Assembly (NCBI GenBank): GCA_024137785.1
Contig: JAHRHZ010000056.1
Coordinates: 4,941,931-5,005,930, forward strand
DNA: 64,000 bases
Reading direction: 5' to 3'
Source of the DNA: Ginglymostoma cirratum
Lineage: Eukaryota
Shown: piece by piece, positions 52,311 through 64,000 of the stretch
How positions within the stretch are numbered: position 1 is the stretch's first letter
Layout: every line of letters starts with the position of its first letter
The notes under the pieces: generated by a model
The model's database searches: none
Told to the model about the DNA's origin: nothing
The model's input: only the letters and a program-made list of their open reading frames with translations
Position numbers and translations under genes: made by a program

Positions 52311-55300
52311 TAATCTTGGCATTCAACACTGTGTTTACTAATCACATGCGGACTCCACTAGAATTAAGAGCAACATACAATTTGCAATATGTCAATGGGA
52401 AACTGCATAGCCTGAGAATGATTTAATCTTTAAATTTAATTTCACTTCCTCTGTCTCTGAGTGGGTAACTCATCACAGCCAGGTCAGCAGCTGAGCTGTT
52501 TTGTGGTCCCAGTGTCACCCAGCAGAGGAAGTAGAAAATAGTCAGCATTCCAGTTCTTAATGACTAATCAAATACTCCTGATGGAGAGGCTCGTGTGCGA
52601 GAGAGAATTACCATTCATTCTCCAATGTGACAGGGGAAAGACAATTACGTTGGACAAGATATAGGGAGCTGATAGCTTGTTGGGATTGCACTCCAGTTTG
52701 GGTTATCACAACAGAAAAAAAGGGTGAGTTTTAAACGAAAGCACCTAGGAAAATACTGACCTGGCAGCAGACAGAAGTAGTTATCAGGAAACAGGCTGAC
52801 TACTTCCCACTACCGCTCACCACAAGTTCTCTGGCAACACTGTCAAAGTGTTTCTCTGTCAAAGGAAACAAGTCAATTTGCAAAAGGTCCAGCCCGACAA
52901 CAATGCTCTTTAAGTTCCTACATTTCTCAAACCATTTCTCTGTAGTGTTTTGCTCATCTCCGTAAAAGCATGCACCACTCTGAAGAATGAATTTGGCAGA
53001 AAATTTCAATCTTCTTGCCTAATGTAGACATTCAGCTGACTGGTCCAAACACCAACATCAACGGCAAATTCAGTGAAGACCGCATTCAACTTGAAACATG
53101 TATAATCTACAATGAAAAGAAATTGCCCATGGTATGGACACAGATCTCCTCAGATTTCGACTGTGCAACCAGGAAGTGTTAAATGAGCTGCCTGCCAGTG
53201 TTAAGCAGATTTCCTTTCCCCACAGAAGGCAGCTGACTATCTGTATCAAGCTTGTGTGTGGGTCTGATGTTACCATATCAATTTCTCCCTCACAGCCACA
53301 GACTATGGTCAACAGATTCTAGGCTGAAATTTCACTATAAACCAAACACCATGTATAGAAGAAGAACCTTTAATGTGACTTACTCCTAGGTGGAATTATG
53401 CATCTGTACTCTTAAAACATAAATACCTAAATATATATGCTGTCCTTTTGGTACCAACTGTCCTCAATTTAATCTCAATTGTGATTTTGTAATAAGTCCT
53501 ACGTATTTATTATCAACATGTTCCTGTTCATTGTGTTGGAAAACAGGAAGCAGATTTCCTGTTCATTTTGACACTCCTGTGTCTGCAAGAACCAAATTCT
53601 ACTGCAGGTTTTTTGGGGGCTCAAGGTGTAAGCAAAATAGCAGTTTCTCCTCTGTCCATTCCACTGACCCTGCAGAGGGCTTGCTGCTTTTTTCCAATGC
53701 TTTCCCTCACTAGGCAGTTGTACAGGGAAACAGGCCATTGCTGCCGGTGGAGAAAACAAGTATTTTTGAATGGGGCTTTCCTCATAAGGTCATTGTGCAG
53801 GAGTTAGCAATGCATTGCGCATGCACAGTGACTTTGGCTTTTCCAAATCTCAAATATTTTGCTCAGCCTAATTGGGGAAGGAGACGGAAAAGGGCAATGA
53901 AAATTTGAGCACTAAATGCATACACGGACACAGTCCAAGCAGATAGCATCTGAATTTCTTTTTAAAATACAGGGGATTCGTTAATGACTCCACATGCCTT
54001 TCCGCCCTTCCCCTTTCCAAGGTACCCCTTGGCAAGTGAGATCTTTTGGGTCTTGAATAACTCATGGGTCAACTATACTGGATTGTTCAGTATTCCAAAA
54101 GGATGTCAGACTCAGCAAACCAGGAAACTAATCCCACATTCTTTTGCAATTCTAAACACAGTACTAGACTTAAATGCAAATGAATCCTTACATCATGTCC
54201 CAATATGGAGAAACAATGGAGGGGGGGGGGGGAGGTGGTTACAAGAGCAGGACATTTAGAAACAGCTTCTGTCTACTATTTAGCAAGTTGCAGCAGCAAA
54301 CTTCAAAACAGATGCTAATTTTGCAATAAAGGCCTAAATAAGGCTCTTTCAAGTTTTGTTCCCCATCTGCAAGCTTTCAGGAGCAAAATCTGTGTCTCCT
54401 CTTTGGCCCTGAGCAGGACTAACTAGAGTGTGACAATGAGCAAGATTAAATCTGTATTAAGTAAAAGAAAGTCTATGCACATGTAATGCCGTCCAATCCA
54501 GCTCTTGAAAGCGTTACTTAGTTCCTAGTCAGGACCGGAGTTGAAAATATGAAATGTCAATTTTTTGGTAAATTAACTGAAAGCAGAAAATCTAACTTCC
54601 TGCTTTAGGAGCTAAAAAAATACATTAGCGCAAATACTCATCAACGACTGTACAGCAACATAATATTACAGATTTGTCCTTAACTTTATTACCTACTTGT
54701 TTTAATCTTTAAGACAACCGAATAAAGTGCTACAATTCTACCTTAATTAAATTAATTGATTTACATCTTCATCTGCAAGGATCTGCCTTTGCAGTCAGAG
54801 GCAGGAAGATACAGGAACTGTTCTGGCATGATGCCCAGATCTAATCAGCAAATCTCTGTACTGGTCTTAAACAGACAGCTGGCAGTGTCACCACAGATTC
54901 CAATCTGGGGATTGCTCCAACAGAGAGAACTTGTGTTGAGGATAATACAGATCACGGAATGGGAAGGAATCCTATAGCTGCACAATGCAAGACTTCTCAA
55001 GCCATGTTATTGTGAAGAGGCTATTCTCCAGAAATATACCTGCCTTTCCTTCTTCAGCAGCAGCTTTCTCCCGCAGATTAACAATCTTCACCAGACATTT
55101 GGGTTAAAAGGCATCAAAGCTCTATCTAGTTTAGCAACATTCTAGTTTTATTGAATTACAAAAAAGTTGTGGTAAGACATTCTGAAAGATCTTCTTTCTC
55201 AGGTTTATTCAGAGTGTTAATGTGACCAACACTGCAGAGATTCACTTGAGGATAATGATTTCATTCCAATCTGCGTTTTGGTTATGGACAATCTATACTT

Positions 55301-55979
55301 CAGTCTCGGTCATATATGCAATTAAATCAGTCTGATCATAAGTGAATAACTTTAAAATCAGAGAAATTTACACTTATGACTGTGTTTTTCGTTAAGTTTA
55401 CACAGAATGGTGGAAAACTTTCAACCTTTTAATACAAATTTAGATCGCTTTAAAGGGTGCACCATACTGGAAAAGTGAACAATACTGTCAGCATTTTTGA
55501 AACTTTCCAAAATATACTGTTACTGTAAAAGCAACTCTAAAACCACCCCGCTGGATAACCCCAGCTATGCAACTGTTATTCTGAGAAGGTCTTTTATTCA
55601 ATAATACGACACCTTAAAAAAAAGCGCAGAATCCATGTTTTGCATTTGTGCTCTCATTACATTTTAGATCATGAATTGACTATTGCTGCATTTTAAGATA
55701 TTTCTATATTTCATTCCACACATTATTTTGGTCAAGTCTGCTTAGTTATCGTTTATACCACATTAACACTTCTGAGACATGTGCAGACAGGACGTTTTTA
55801 GCATTGCAGAATTGTTGCTGGAATTTTTTTTTAAAAATGCTGGACAATTCTTTCCACTGAATTATTCAAAGAAGCCTAAAATGGTTCAGAGTACTCATAG
55901 GAACCTGTGCTTCTACTCCTTGACAACACTGACTGGTATTTATGAACAGATCGAGTGAGGGGGGGGGGGGGGGTCACAC

Positions 55980-56220
55980 GTTTAGGGTAGGGATTAGGGA
56001 GGAATTTCTTCTCCCCGCAGGTTGTGAATCTGTGGAATTCTTTGCCACGTAGGGTTGCTGAGGCTGGGCTGAAGCTGTAATAGATTTTAAACAGCAAGGG
56101 AGTCAAGGGTTATGGGGAAAAGGCAGGAAAGTTGAAGATTATCACATCAGCCATCCTCACTGAATGTAGCAGCAGATTCAATGGGCTGAATGGCCTACTT
56201 CTGCTTCTAGGTATTATGGG
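55980..56220 (+). mobile_element. CR1 LINE 3' end/UTR fragment
   Basis: ggaatttcttctccccgcaggttgtgaatctgtggaattctttgcc...gggctgaatggcctacttctgcttc. Similar short CR1 ends at ~19360-19455, 29340-29520, 34520-34640, 38385-38600 (-), 56750-56870 and 61530-61680 (-). Confidence 0.75.
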
Positions 56221-56905
56221 ATTAGAGTCTTAAAAGCTGCCAAATTGGATTGTTGATGACAGTAAAAGTGGAAATGATCTCAATGCCAGGCCTTTCAGTT
56301 CCTGACAGCTGACTACTTCTGATAGCTGAAGAACAATGATGTGATGGGACACTAGATTGCTGTTTGAATATCACATTTGGAACCATGTCCCAGCAAGACT
56401 TGGGATCTTCAGTGAATGTGAAAAGAAAACATTAGGGAAGAGGACACAAGTTCTACTACGTACAGTAGATGGGCTCAGCTGAGGACATCGCAAACACAGT
56501 TTGTTTTGAGCTACAAATGTATTCCCCCATGTATAAATGCGAAAATCATGTTCATACTTCCAAACATATCTATATATTTCTTATTACAATTTATCTATCC
56601 AATTTCTGTATTTCACAATCAAATCTTGCAGGGAATTAACAAAACCAGATAAACAGTTACCGTACAACTCTCATTCCTTGTTATAACACTTCCAACAGAG
56701 CCATCCCCTCCTACCTCAACACACAATAATAACATGTACACAGAATAACAGGTCAAAAGTTATCAGGCAGGTGGGAATATGGAGTTGCCATATCAGATGA
56801 GCCTTGAGGTTACTGAATGGTGGAGTAGACTTGAAAGGGCTGAATGGCCTACTCATGCTTCAATTCATTGTTCCCTAATTTATTAATCATGAAGCCTTAG
56901 CAAGT

Positions 56906-56962
56906 TGTGTGTGTGTGTGTGTGTGTGTGTGCGCGTGTGTGTGCGTACTTGTGTACGTGTGT
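56906..56962 (+). repeat. (GT)n microsatellite
   Basis: Run of gtgtgt... with a degenerate 3' part. Confidence 0.95.
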
Positions 56963-58560
56963 ACATTTGCGTTGGGGGGGGGTGGTATCTGTATACTTCT
57001 ATCTCAAGCTGGCTTCTTTTCAGAGTCAGCTTTAAGACATTGCTCTCAATCCACGTATAGTTAGTAATTAGGATGGGTTATGAGTTGGAAAATTTTAATG
57101 TAGGCAACTAGATAAATTGACTGATGGTACACACTGATCAATGTTGCTTTATTAGTTTACAGATCCGAGGATGGTTCAGAGACCACTGCAAACTGAGGTC
57201 CAGTTGCATAACATTTTTTTTTCAGGAAAGGTTACTGTTTGTTTATTAAGACTACAACATTTGTGTCTAATTTGGAGATATATAAATACATATCTCAGAC
57301 ATCATACCCTGACTTTCTAAAGTACATCTCAGGCTGAATGATCTAAAAACTAGCAATCATTCGAGGTTCTTGAAGGTGCAATTTAGCTTCATCTGTATGA
57401 GGGTACTGTTGCAGATAAATCAGCCTGACCTGACTGAACTCATAAATATCCTGCAGAGAACTTCGATCAATTTGAACTCAGAAAAGACTCTGGCATTCAC
57501 CACCCTCAGGGTTACAGCAAAGAGACTGAAATCATGGGGAAAACTAGTGCAATTACAAGTGCACAGAACAGCACCGGAGCAAATATCTGCAGAAAACAGG
57601 AATTATGTCCAAATTCACAGCATTTATTCCCTAAAAATGTGAAAATAAAGAAAGTATTATGCACTTAAAATACAGACCAGTGAATCAAGTGGCCATCAAT
57701 CCTTTCACAGAAGAAATACAAAGCACATTACACCAACAAAACTGTACTCCCAAACTCTGCAGGATAAACTGTCACTGGCATGACCACTCATCTAAAAAGC
57801 TGCCTTCACTGAGAACAATCTGACTGGCTACTGCTAAGGATGTAAAGGGCAAGTCTGCCATGGACAAAAATAGTTACATTTATAGTCTTCATTGTTCTTA
57901 ACCTAGAAAATACACATCCTCTGAAGTCTGATAACACCAAGGATGGTGAAATAAAAAATTAATCTCAAATAAAGTGACCAGACTCTCTTTTTTCCCTAAT
58001 TGAACTACAATGCAAGCAAGTAATGTTGAGCTATGATTAAATGTAGCTGCAGTGCTTTACTTTTTAAATGAAATGTTCAGTACCTACGGCTGTGCAAAAC
58101 GCAAAACAACAACTAAGACAGCGAACTGGTGACTACGTTTGCTGGCATTGCATATTTTATGAACAAAATTAAGCCCTGTGCAACTTCTCCAGACTCCTCA
58201 TGGTGCAGTCCCTTTCAATGTTTGAACAGCAATCTAGAAAAATAATCCTCAGCGTGAGCCAAATCTTTAATTCAGAAACTTTGCTCATTCCTCCATAACA
58301 CACCCACACCACCCCCCAAAAAGTTGCCATTAATTAACCCGTGACCTCTTTGGTACAAACTTCTGTTCCCCAGCACCCCCTCCCCGACAAGAGAACATCG
58401 ATATATGTTGTTGCTGATATTTATCGATACGTCCCAGCGATTTATTCTTAGCAATCGATCAGGTCGAGTTTCAGACACCACAAGAATGTACTGAATGGGC
58501 TAGTTGCAATAAATAACGATAGACCTGAGCTTCCGACGGCTGGCTCCCTTTCACACTTAC

Positions 58561-58673
58561 CTTCCCAGTTCCTTTCCCAGGAGAGTGTAATTACTGTGGA
58601 AAGAGTCGGTCCTTATTCGGGACAAAATCTTGGCTACCATCCCTTTGCGGTTCATCATTGCAGTCTCGGGCAT
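58561..58673 (-). CDS. stk17al: STK17A-like (DRAK family) Ser/Thr kinase, coding exon 1
   Basis: Reverse strand reads MPETAMMNRKGMVAKILSRIRTDSFHSNYTLLGKELG(R), ending AG|GTAAGT (donor at 58560). An in-frame TGA lies immediately upstream of the ATG at 58673. Phase 2 joins exon 2 to give the kinase G-loop [10 protein letters not shown]. Alternative in-frame ATGs at 58658, 58655 and 58640. Confidence 0.88.
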
Positions 58674-59039
58674 TCACGACCGGTCTCAACAAAACCTCCC
58701 ACTTATCAGTCAAAGCAATAGCCCAGTTCACAATAAAGTGGAGCTTGCAGACAGTTCAATACGATGGGAAATTCAGTTTCTTTCTCCTCGGTGCTGTAGC
58801 TTCTACTTTCTAATTAATGCACTAGGTATGAGCTAACAATTGTTTCTTTCTCTCTATCTCTCTCTCTGTCTGTCTTTTGTTTCTGGGTCCTGCTGACTTG
58901 TGATTTCAGGCGATGGGGAAATTGGAAGGGGTTGAGAAGCCTCCGTCCCTGGCGCAATGAACGACTGGGAGCTGAGGTTTCATTCAGTTAAGCGTCTCCA
59001 AGATTTCTAGCAACACACAAGTCGTGGCCAGGCATCAAA

Positions 59040-59110
59040 ACACTTGAGGTCCAAGCGACATCATCCCCGAGAGAGCCAATCACAGCCTACACGGAAGCGG
59101 CTGATCTGCT
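59040..59110 (-). promoter_or_regulatory. Probable promoter of the STK17A-like gene
   Basis: NF-Y-type AGCCAATCA (59074-59082) and ETS-type ACGGAAG (59091-59097), about 400 bp upstream of the ATG. The region ~58400-59130 is visibly CpG-richer than the rest of the window. TSS not known. Confidence 0.5.
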
Positions 59111-59539
59111 GCAGTGGAGCGACACCAAAGATCCTGAGGCTCAAACTGCAAACTGCATCAAACTGTAGTTCAACCTGTGCGCTAGCTTGGCATGTTATAA
59201 GCTCTAACAATGAAGTTGGGATTTGCTCTACCTCTTATTGTCAAACCCAAACCAGATCAAGAGTAGGATCTTCAGGGACTAAAAATAAAACTGAGATACT
59301 GCCGATGCTATAAGTCTGAATGGACGCATGACTGAATGAAATCTGAACGACAAATCAGAATTGACTGGACAAACTCTGCAAGTCTGGAGAGATAGCACAG
59401 TTAATTAAACATGTGGAGTCCAGTGACCCTTCTTCAGAAGCCTATGGGACGCCCATGTTTGCTAAAACAAGTCATTGAAAACTCTTGGAGACTGGAATTA
59501 GGGACTGAATCTTACCAGAATCAGCTAAATGTTATTTTT

Positions 59540-60094
59540 GATATAACAAGATGTAGAGCTGGATGAACACAGCAGGCCAAGCAGCATCAGAGGAGCAGGA
59601 AAGCTGATGTTTCGGGCCTAGACCNNNNNNNNNNNNNNNNNNNNNNNNNNNNNNNNNNNNNNNNNNNNNNNNNNNNNNNNNNNNNNNNNNNNNNNNNNNN
59701 NNNNNNNNNNNNNNNNNNNNNNNNNNNNNNNNNNNNNNNNNNNNNNNNNNNNNNNNNNNNNNNNNNNNNNNNNNNNNNNNNNNNNNNNNNNNNNNNNNNN
59801 NNNNNNNNNNNNNNNNNNNNNNNNNNNNNNNNNNNNNNNNNNNNNNNNNNNNNNNNNNNNNNNNNNNNNNNNNNNNNNNNNNNNNNNNNNNNNNNNNNNN
59901 NNNNNNNNNNNNNNNNNNNNNNNNNNNNNNNNNNNNNNNNNNNNNNNNNNNNNNNNNNNNNNNNNNNNNNNNNNNNNNNNNNNNNNNNNNNNNNNNNNNN
60001 NNNNNNNNNNNNNNNNNNNNNNNNGCCTGCTGTGTTCATCCAGCTCTACACCTTGTTATCTCAGATTCTCCAGCATCTACAGTTCTTACTATCT
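59540..60094. mobile_element. Penelope-like fold-back element spanning an assembly gap
   Basis: The arms on either side of the N-run are reverse complements (ataacaagatgtagagctggatgaacacagcaggc / gcctgctgtgttcatccagctctacaccttgttat). Perfect 15-bp flanking direct repeat ctaaatgttattttt at 59525-59539 and 60095-60109. Same subfamily as the 43.1 kb copy. Confidence 0.8.
59625..60024. other. Assembly gap
   Basis: Run of N inside a fold-back element. Confidence 0.99.
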
Positions 60095-60284
60095 CTAAAT
60101 GTTATTTTTAGTGAGTTTCATGTGGAATGTCTCTCTGTAAGGTGTAGCTAGTTTTCCCATGTGATTTTCCCAAATTCACCTCATGACCTATGCACAACAT
60201 CTCTCTGTACCTCCGTTGTGTCCTCCTACTTGCCAGAAGTGGAAGTGATGACCAATGCCAGGACCCCCTGAGATTGCTGGCCCA

Positions 60285-61524
60285 GGTGCCATCTTTAAAG
60301 CCAAGCCACATATCCAGTCGAGCGCTTGCAGTCCAGAACTACCCTACACAGCTCTGCCAATTATTCCCAAACATGTCAGGCATGTAATTGGCATCCCACT
60401 TTGCTGATAAGGACCTGGATGCCTTGGCGGACAGCAGTGGGAGTGTGTCTAGTGGTGCCCGTGGAACATGCACTGATTATGTTGGTGATGCTAGAGTCCG
60501 AGATAAAAAAAATCTGAGGTGAGCTGGAGTCACCAGGATAATGCTCTGACTAGATGTCAGGAATTGTTGACATCTAGTCCAGCCAGCAGGTGGAAGAATG
60601 GGAAACCAACTAAGCGAGGGAAGATAATATCATAATGAAATATTAATATGTGTTATTGCTTGCAAATTGACTTCTCACATAATTGGCCACTCAATGATTG
60701 GGTAGGAAAATGGCATTTTGCCCTGTATCATTGGGAATCTCCTTATTTCCAATCTCATGTGATTCTCTTCTAACTTTTTCACCATTTTATTCATGCTAAT
60801 CAATGGCTGAGAATGTTCTGCAGTATAAGAGATGATGAGCTCCCTCATTTGGCCTTTGTCTGAGACCTGTTCCCAGGTTTTAAGTTAGGTGTGTTAAACA
60901 TGGGAAATACAGGGGCAGGGGAATAGGTCTGGGTGGGATGCTCTTCGGAGGTGTGGTGTGGACTTGTTGGGCCGAATGGCCTGTTTCCATACTGTAGGGA
61001 CTCTATGAATTCTAAGAGTTTATATGTTCCCTGAATCATTGCTCCAAGGTATTGAGGCCAAAGCCAGTTGAAATCCAAATGCAAAGCCATGAATGTTGGT
61101 AGCCATCCAATTTTAACTTGATCTGCTGAATGGGAAAGGATCGAGTTCAGATTGACCACCTCCACCTCTATTCCCAATATAACTCTTACTCAGGCTCAAA
61201 ATGTTAATTCTGTTTCTCTCGCCACAGATGCAGCCAAACCTGTTGATTTTCCCAGCATTGCTGTTTTTATTTCATATCTCCAGAATTCACCTCTGACCCT
61301 TTATCTTGGACATTAGCGTCACCAACGTATCAGAGCATGTTCCAGGGGTATCAACTATACACACTCCCACTGCTATCCACCAGAACATCCAGATCCCTAT
61401 CAGCAAAGTGGGATGCCAATTACCCTCTACCCGACATGTCTGGGGTAATTGGCAGAACTGTGTAGGGTAGTTCTGGACAGCCACCACTTGACTGGGTGCA
61501 TAGCTTGGCTTTAAAGATGGCACC
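60285..61524. repeat. Inverted pair of ~240-bp diverged repeats (60285-60522 / 61285-61524)
   Basis: Both arms share ggtgccatctttaaagccaagc...gtccagaactaccctacacag...gtaattggcatcccactttgctgata...gcagtgggagtgtgt in opposite orientation. Confidence 0.8.
60882..61012 (+). mobile_element. HE1-type SINE 3' fragment
   Basis: gggtgggatgctcttcggag...gacttgttgggccgaatggcctgtttccatactgtagggactctatga matches the tail of the 63.3 kb copy. Confidence 0.75.
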
Positions 61525-63273
61525 AGTGAATTGCTTTAATTTCCTTGTTGTTGTATTCATTGCCCTTAATGAAAAGGCAAATAGCCCATGCCCTTTCTTA
61601 CCTGACATATCACCTTGTCTTTGTACTTACATGGATTTGAGAATATGTACTTCAAGGTTTCTCTATTCTTAATAATGTCTGGGTGGTATCATTTAGTTTA
61701 AGTTGTTCCTTATAACTATCTCTTTGACCATCTGTCCATACATCTGCTCATTTCATCCTGTCACTTAATTTTCTACAAAACATCCTGGCTGGTCTTATTC
61801 TGTTAAAGGTGTTATATGAATGCAAGTTGTTGATTATAAAACTAGCAGGTAGCAAAACTAGATTCAATTGCCTTTGATGGACTCGGAATATTCTAGCACA
61901 GCCAACAGTCAAATCATTTGAGATTATTTCAATAGTGGTACAACCGAAAGAGCTTTTTCAAGTGCAACAGATCTTTAAAAATGTATTTCCTATATATTAG
62001 CAGACCTCAATCAAAATTAAGTCCTTAATCTGGCTTGTCAGCTACTCAATGTCATGGAGATGCAGCTCCCCAGTACCAATCTTTATCCAGAGAGGAATTC
62101 TCAGTTCTTATTCGTCTCGCCTTTGTATCAGAAAATATATTCCCCCACCATCCTTACTTAGCTGGGAGAGAGCAGCTGCTGTAGCCCGAGTGGATAAGAA
62201 ATTATCCATTGCAGGCTTAACGCAGCAAGTATTTTTTGGAAGAACAGGAAATGGCTTGGGCAATGTAATTTTCCAGAGCTGACCAAAAGTTGTGGCTGAA
62301 AGTTGCCAACATTAAGACCACATCTGCAAAACCAAAGACTTTCATGGCTAAGTTGTATTGTGCAAAAATAGTTAAAGGAAACCGACTCGATGAATTAGTC
62401 TTCTCATCAATCAAATATTTCCCCAAGAACAGTATCTTTTCTTTAACTATTTTTGCCTTTGATCACTGTATTGTTGGCTAAAATAATCAACCACTTTCCA
62501 TTAAATTGCTGCACAATATGTCTCAACATTGTGCTTATGTCTTACACGTCAGGGCACCAGTACCCTTTTGTGATATTATCTTGCTTCAAGGGCACAGGTG
62601 AACATGATAATTACATATAATTACTTTATTAATGATGAAGATTTAAAAATATCACAAGAAGCTCCGTGTATTACACATTCCTCGTCCACAAACATCACTT
62701 CCCATTGACACAACTTTAGGGCAGCATTTTCCATGAATGTTTAACACTGTCAATTGCTATGTCAATATTCACCATTTAATTGCATTATGTTAACAGTCAC
62801 AATGCAATTGCAAGTTCTAGCCACCCTGAAACAAGATAATGATAACTCTTGTCCAGTGCCATTACCATTACCAATACCAAAACTTTAAATTCATCAATCG
62901 ACTGTGAGTAATGGCCTCAAGTAATTTTACTAGTGGTATGAACAACTGTAAGATAGAACAAATACCAGACCCAGAGTTCAATGCTGTTGTCAAATATGCA
63001 CTTAAGATGTGTAAAAATTGCTTGGATTTAGTTGTTGCAGGTTATCACACAGTTATTTGCCAGGTATCAATTGTTTGTTTAATCATTTGTAGTTTGATGT
63101 ATATTTTCTAAATCCTAGATCAGACATTTATAAAGCATTTTGCTTCATGACTTCTTTCCTGATACTGGAGCCTGCATTGTCCCATTGTATTAATTTGCCA
63201 ATAATGAAATTACTGTATGAAGTCCTTAAAATAACAGATGATGCCAATAATTTATTGAAAATGGAAGTTCCTA

Positions 63274-63613
63274 TTTCATAACATCCCTATAGTGTGGAAG
63301 TGGGCCATTTGGCCCATCGAGTCCACACTGATCCTCCGAAAAGCATCCCACCCCATCTCCGTAATCCTGCATTTCCCATGGCTAATCCACCTAACCTGCA
63401 CATCCCTGGACACTATGGGCAATTTAGCCTAGCCAATTCATCTAACCCGCACATCTTTGGACTGTAAGCATAAACCAGAGCACCCGGAGGAACCCCACAC
63501 AGACACAAGGAGAATGTGCAAACTCCACACAGACAGTCACCTGAGGCTGGAGTCAAACCCAAGTCGCTGGCATTCTGAGGCAAAAGTGCTAACTACTGAG
63601 CCACCATGCTGCC
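63274..63613 (-). mobile_element. HE1-type (V-SINE) shark SINE, near full length
   Basis: Minus strand ggcagcatggtggctcagtagttagcact...gggtttgactcc...tgtgtggagtttgcacattctcc (V domain)...gatgggccaaatggccc CR1-derived tail. Confidence 0.85.
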
Positions 63614-64000
63614 TATTTGCTTAATCATATGGGGTCCTGCTCTGTTCTTTTCCATTAGCTTTCCTGTTTCACACATTACCTGTGGTTAGATGACCAATAG
63701 AGAAATTGCTGTAAAGGTTTCTACCAGCGTTGCTGATAAACCAACCACTAGGAAGTGCTTTCGCATGACCCAGAGTGACTCATTCATAGGTTAAGTGAGC
63801 AACTGTTTGTATCTACTGAGCACCCTCTCACAGTTGTATAGCTGTAATTGGTAACTCAGATAGAAAGGGATTGCTAACTCAGAGAGTAATAGGAGATGTT
63901 GTGTCCAATTTGCGGTGAAGCATGTTCTTCCTAAGTCCTGCTTGTCCTCCAAAGCGATAAAGAATCATGGCTTCAGAGATCAAAAGCAAGGGTGATAAAA

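Overview
AT-rich, repeat-dense vertebrate genomic DNA, inferred to be a shark from its HE1-type, Deu-domain, CR1 and Penelope-type repeats. It has two assembly gaps (47136-47306, 59625-60024). Most of the window is one complete 7-exon minus-strand gene for a DAPK-family DRAK kinase (STK17A-like, probably the third paralogue stk17al). Its CDS was assembled by hand from GT-AG exons 58561-58673, 32826-33038, 17700-17844, 14775-14901, 14438-14486, 13239-13418 and 10601-10862 (1089 nt, 362 aa), with a CpG-enriched CCAAT/ETS promoter near 59.1 kb. The introns carry CR1/L2 LINE fragments, tRNA-headed SINEs and a family of Penelope-like fold-back elements with 13-15 bp target-site duplications and minimal type I hammerhead-ribozyme cores. 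Downstream (1-8.2 kb, minus strand) is a phase-consistent chain of exon-like segments that may belong to an unrecognised or decaying gene. A CR1-type LINE at 47.4-49.7 kb appears to carry a tRNA-derived SINE head as its own 5' end. Most ORFs in the six-frame track are noise. All repeat and paralogue names come from recognition, not from database searches.
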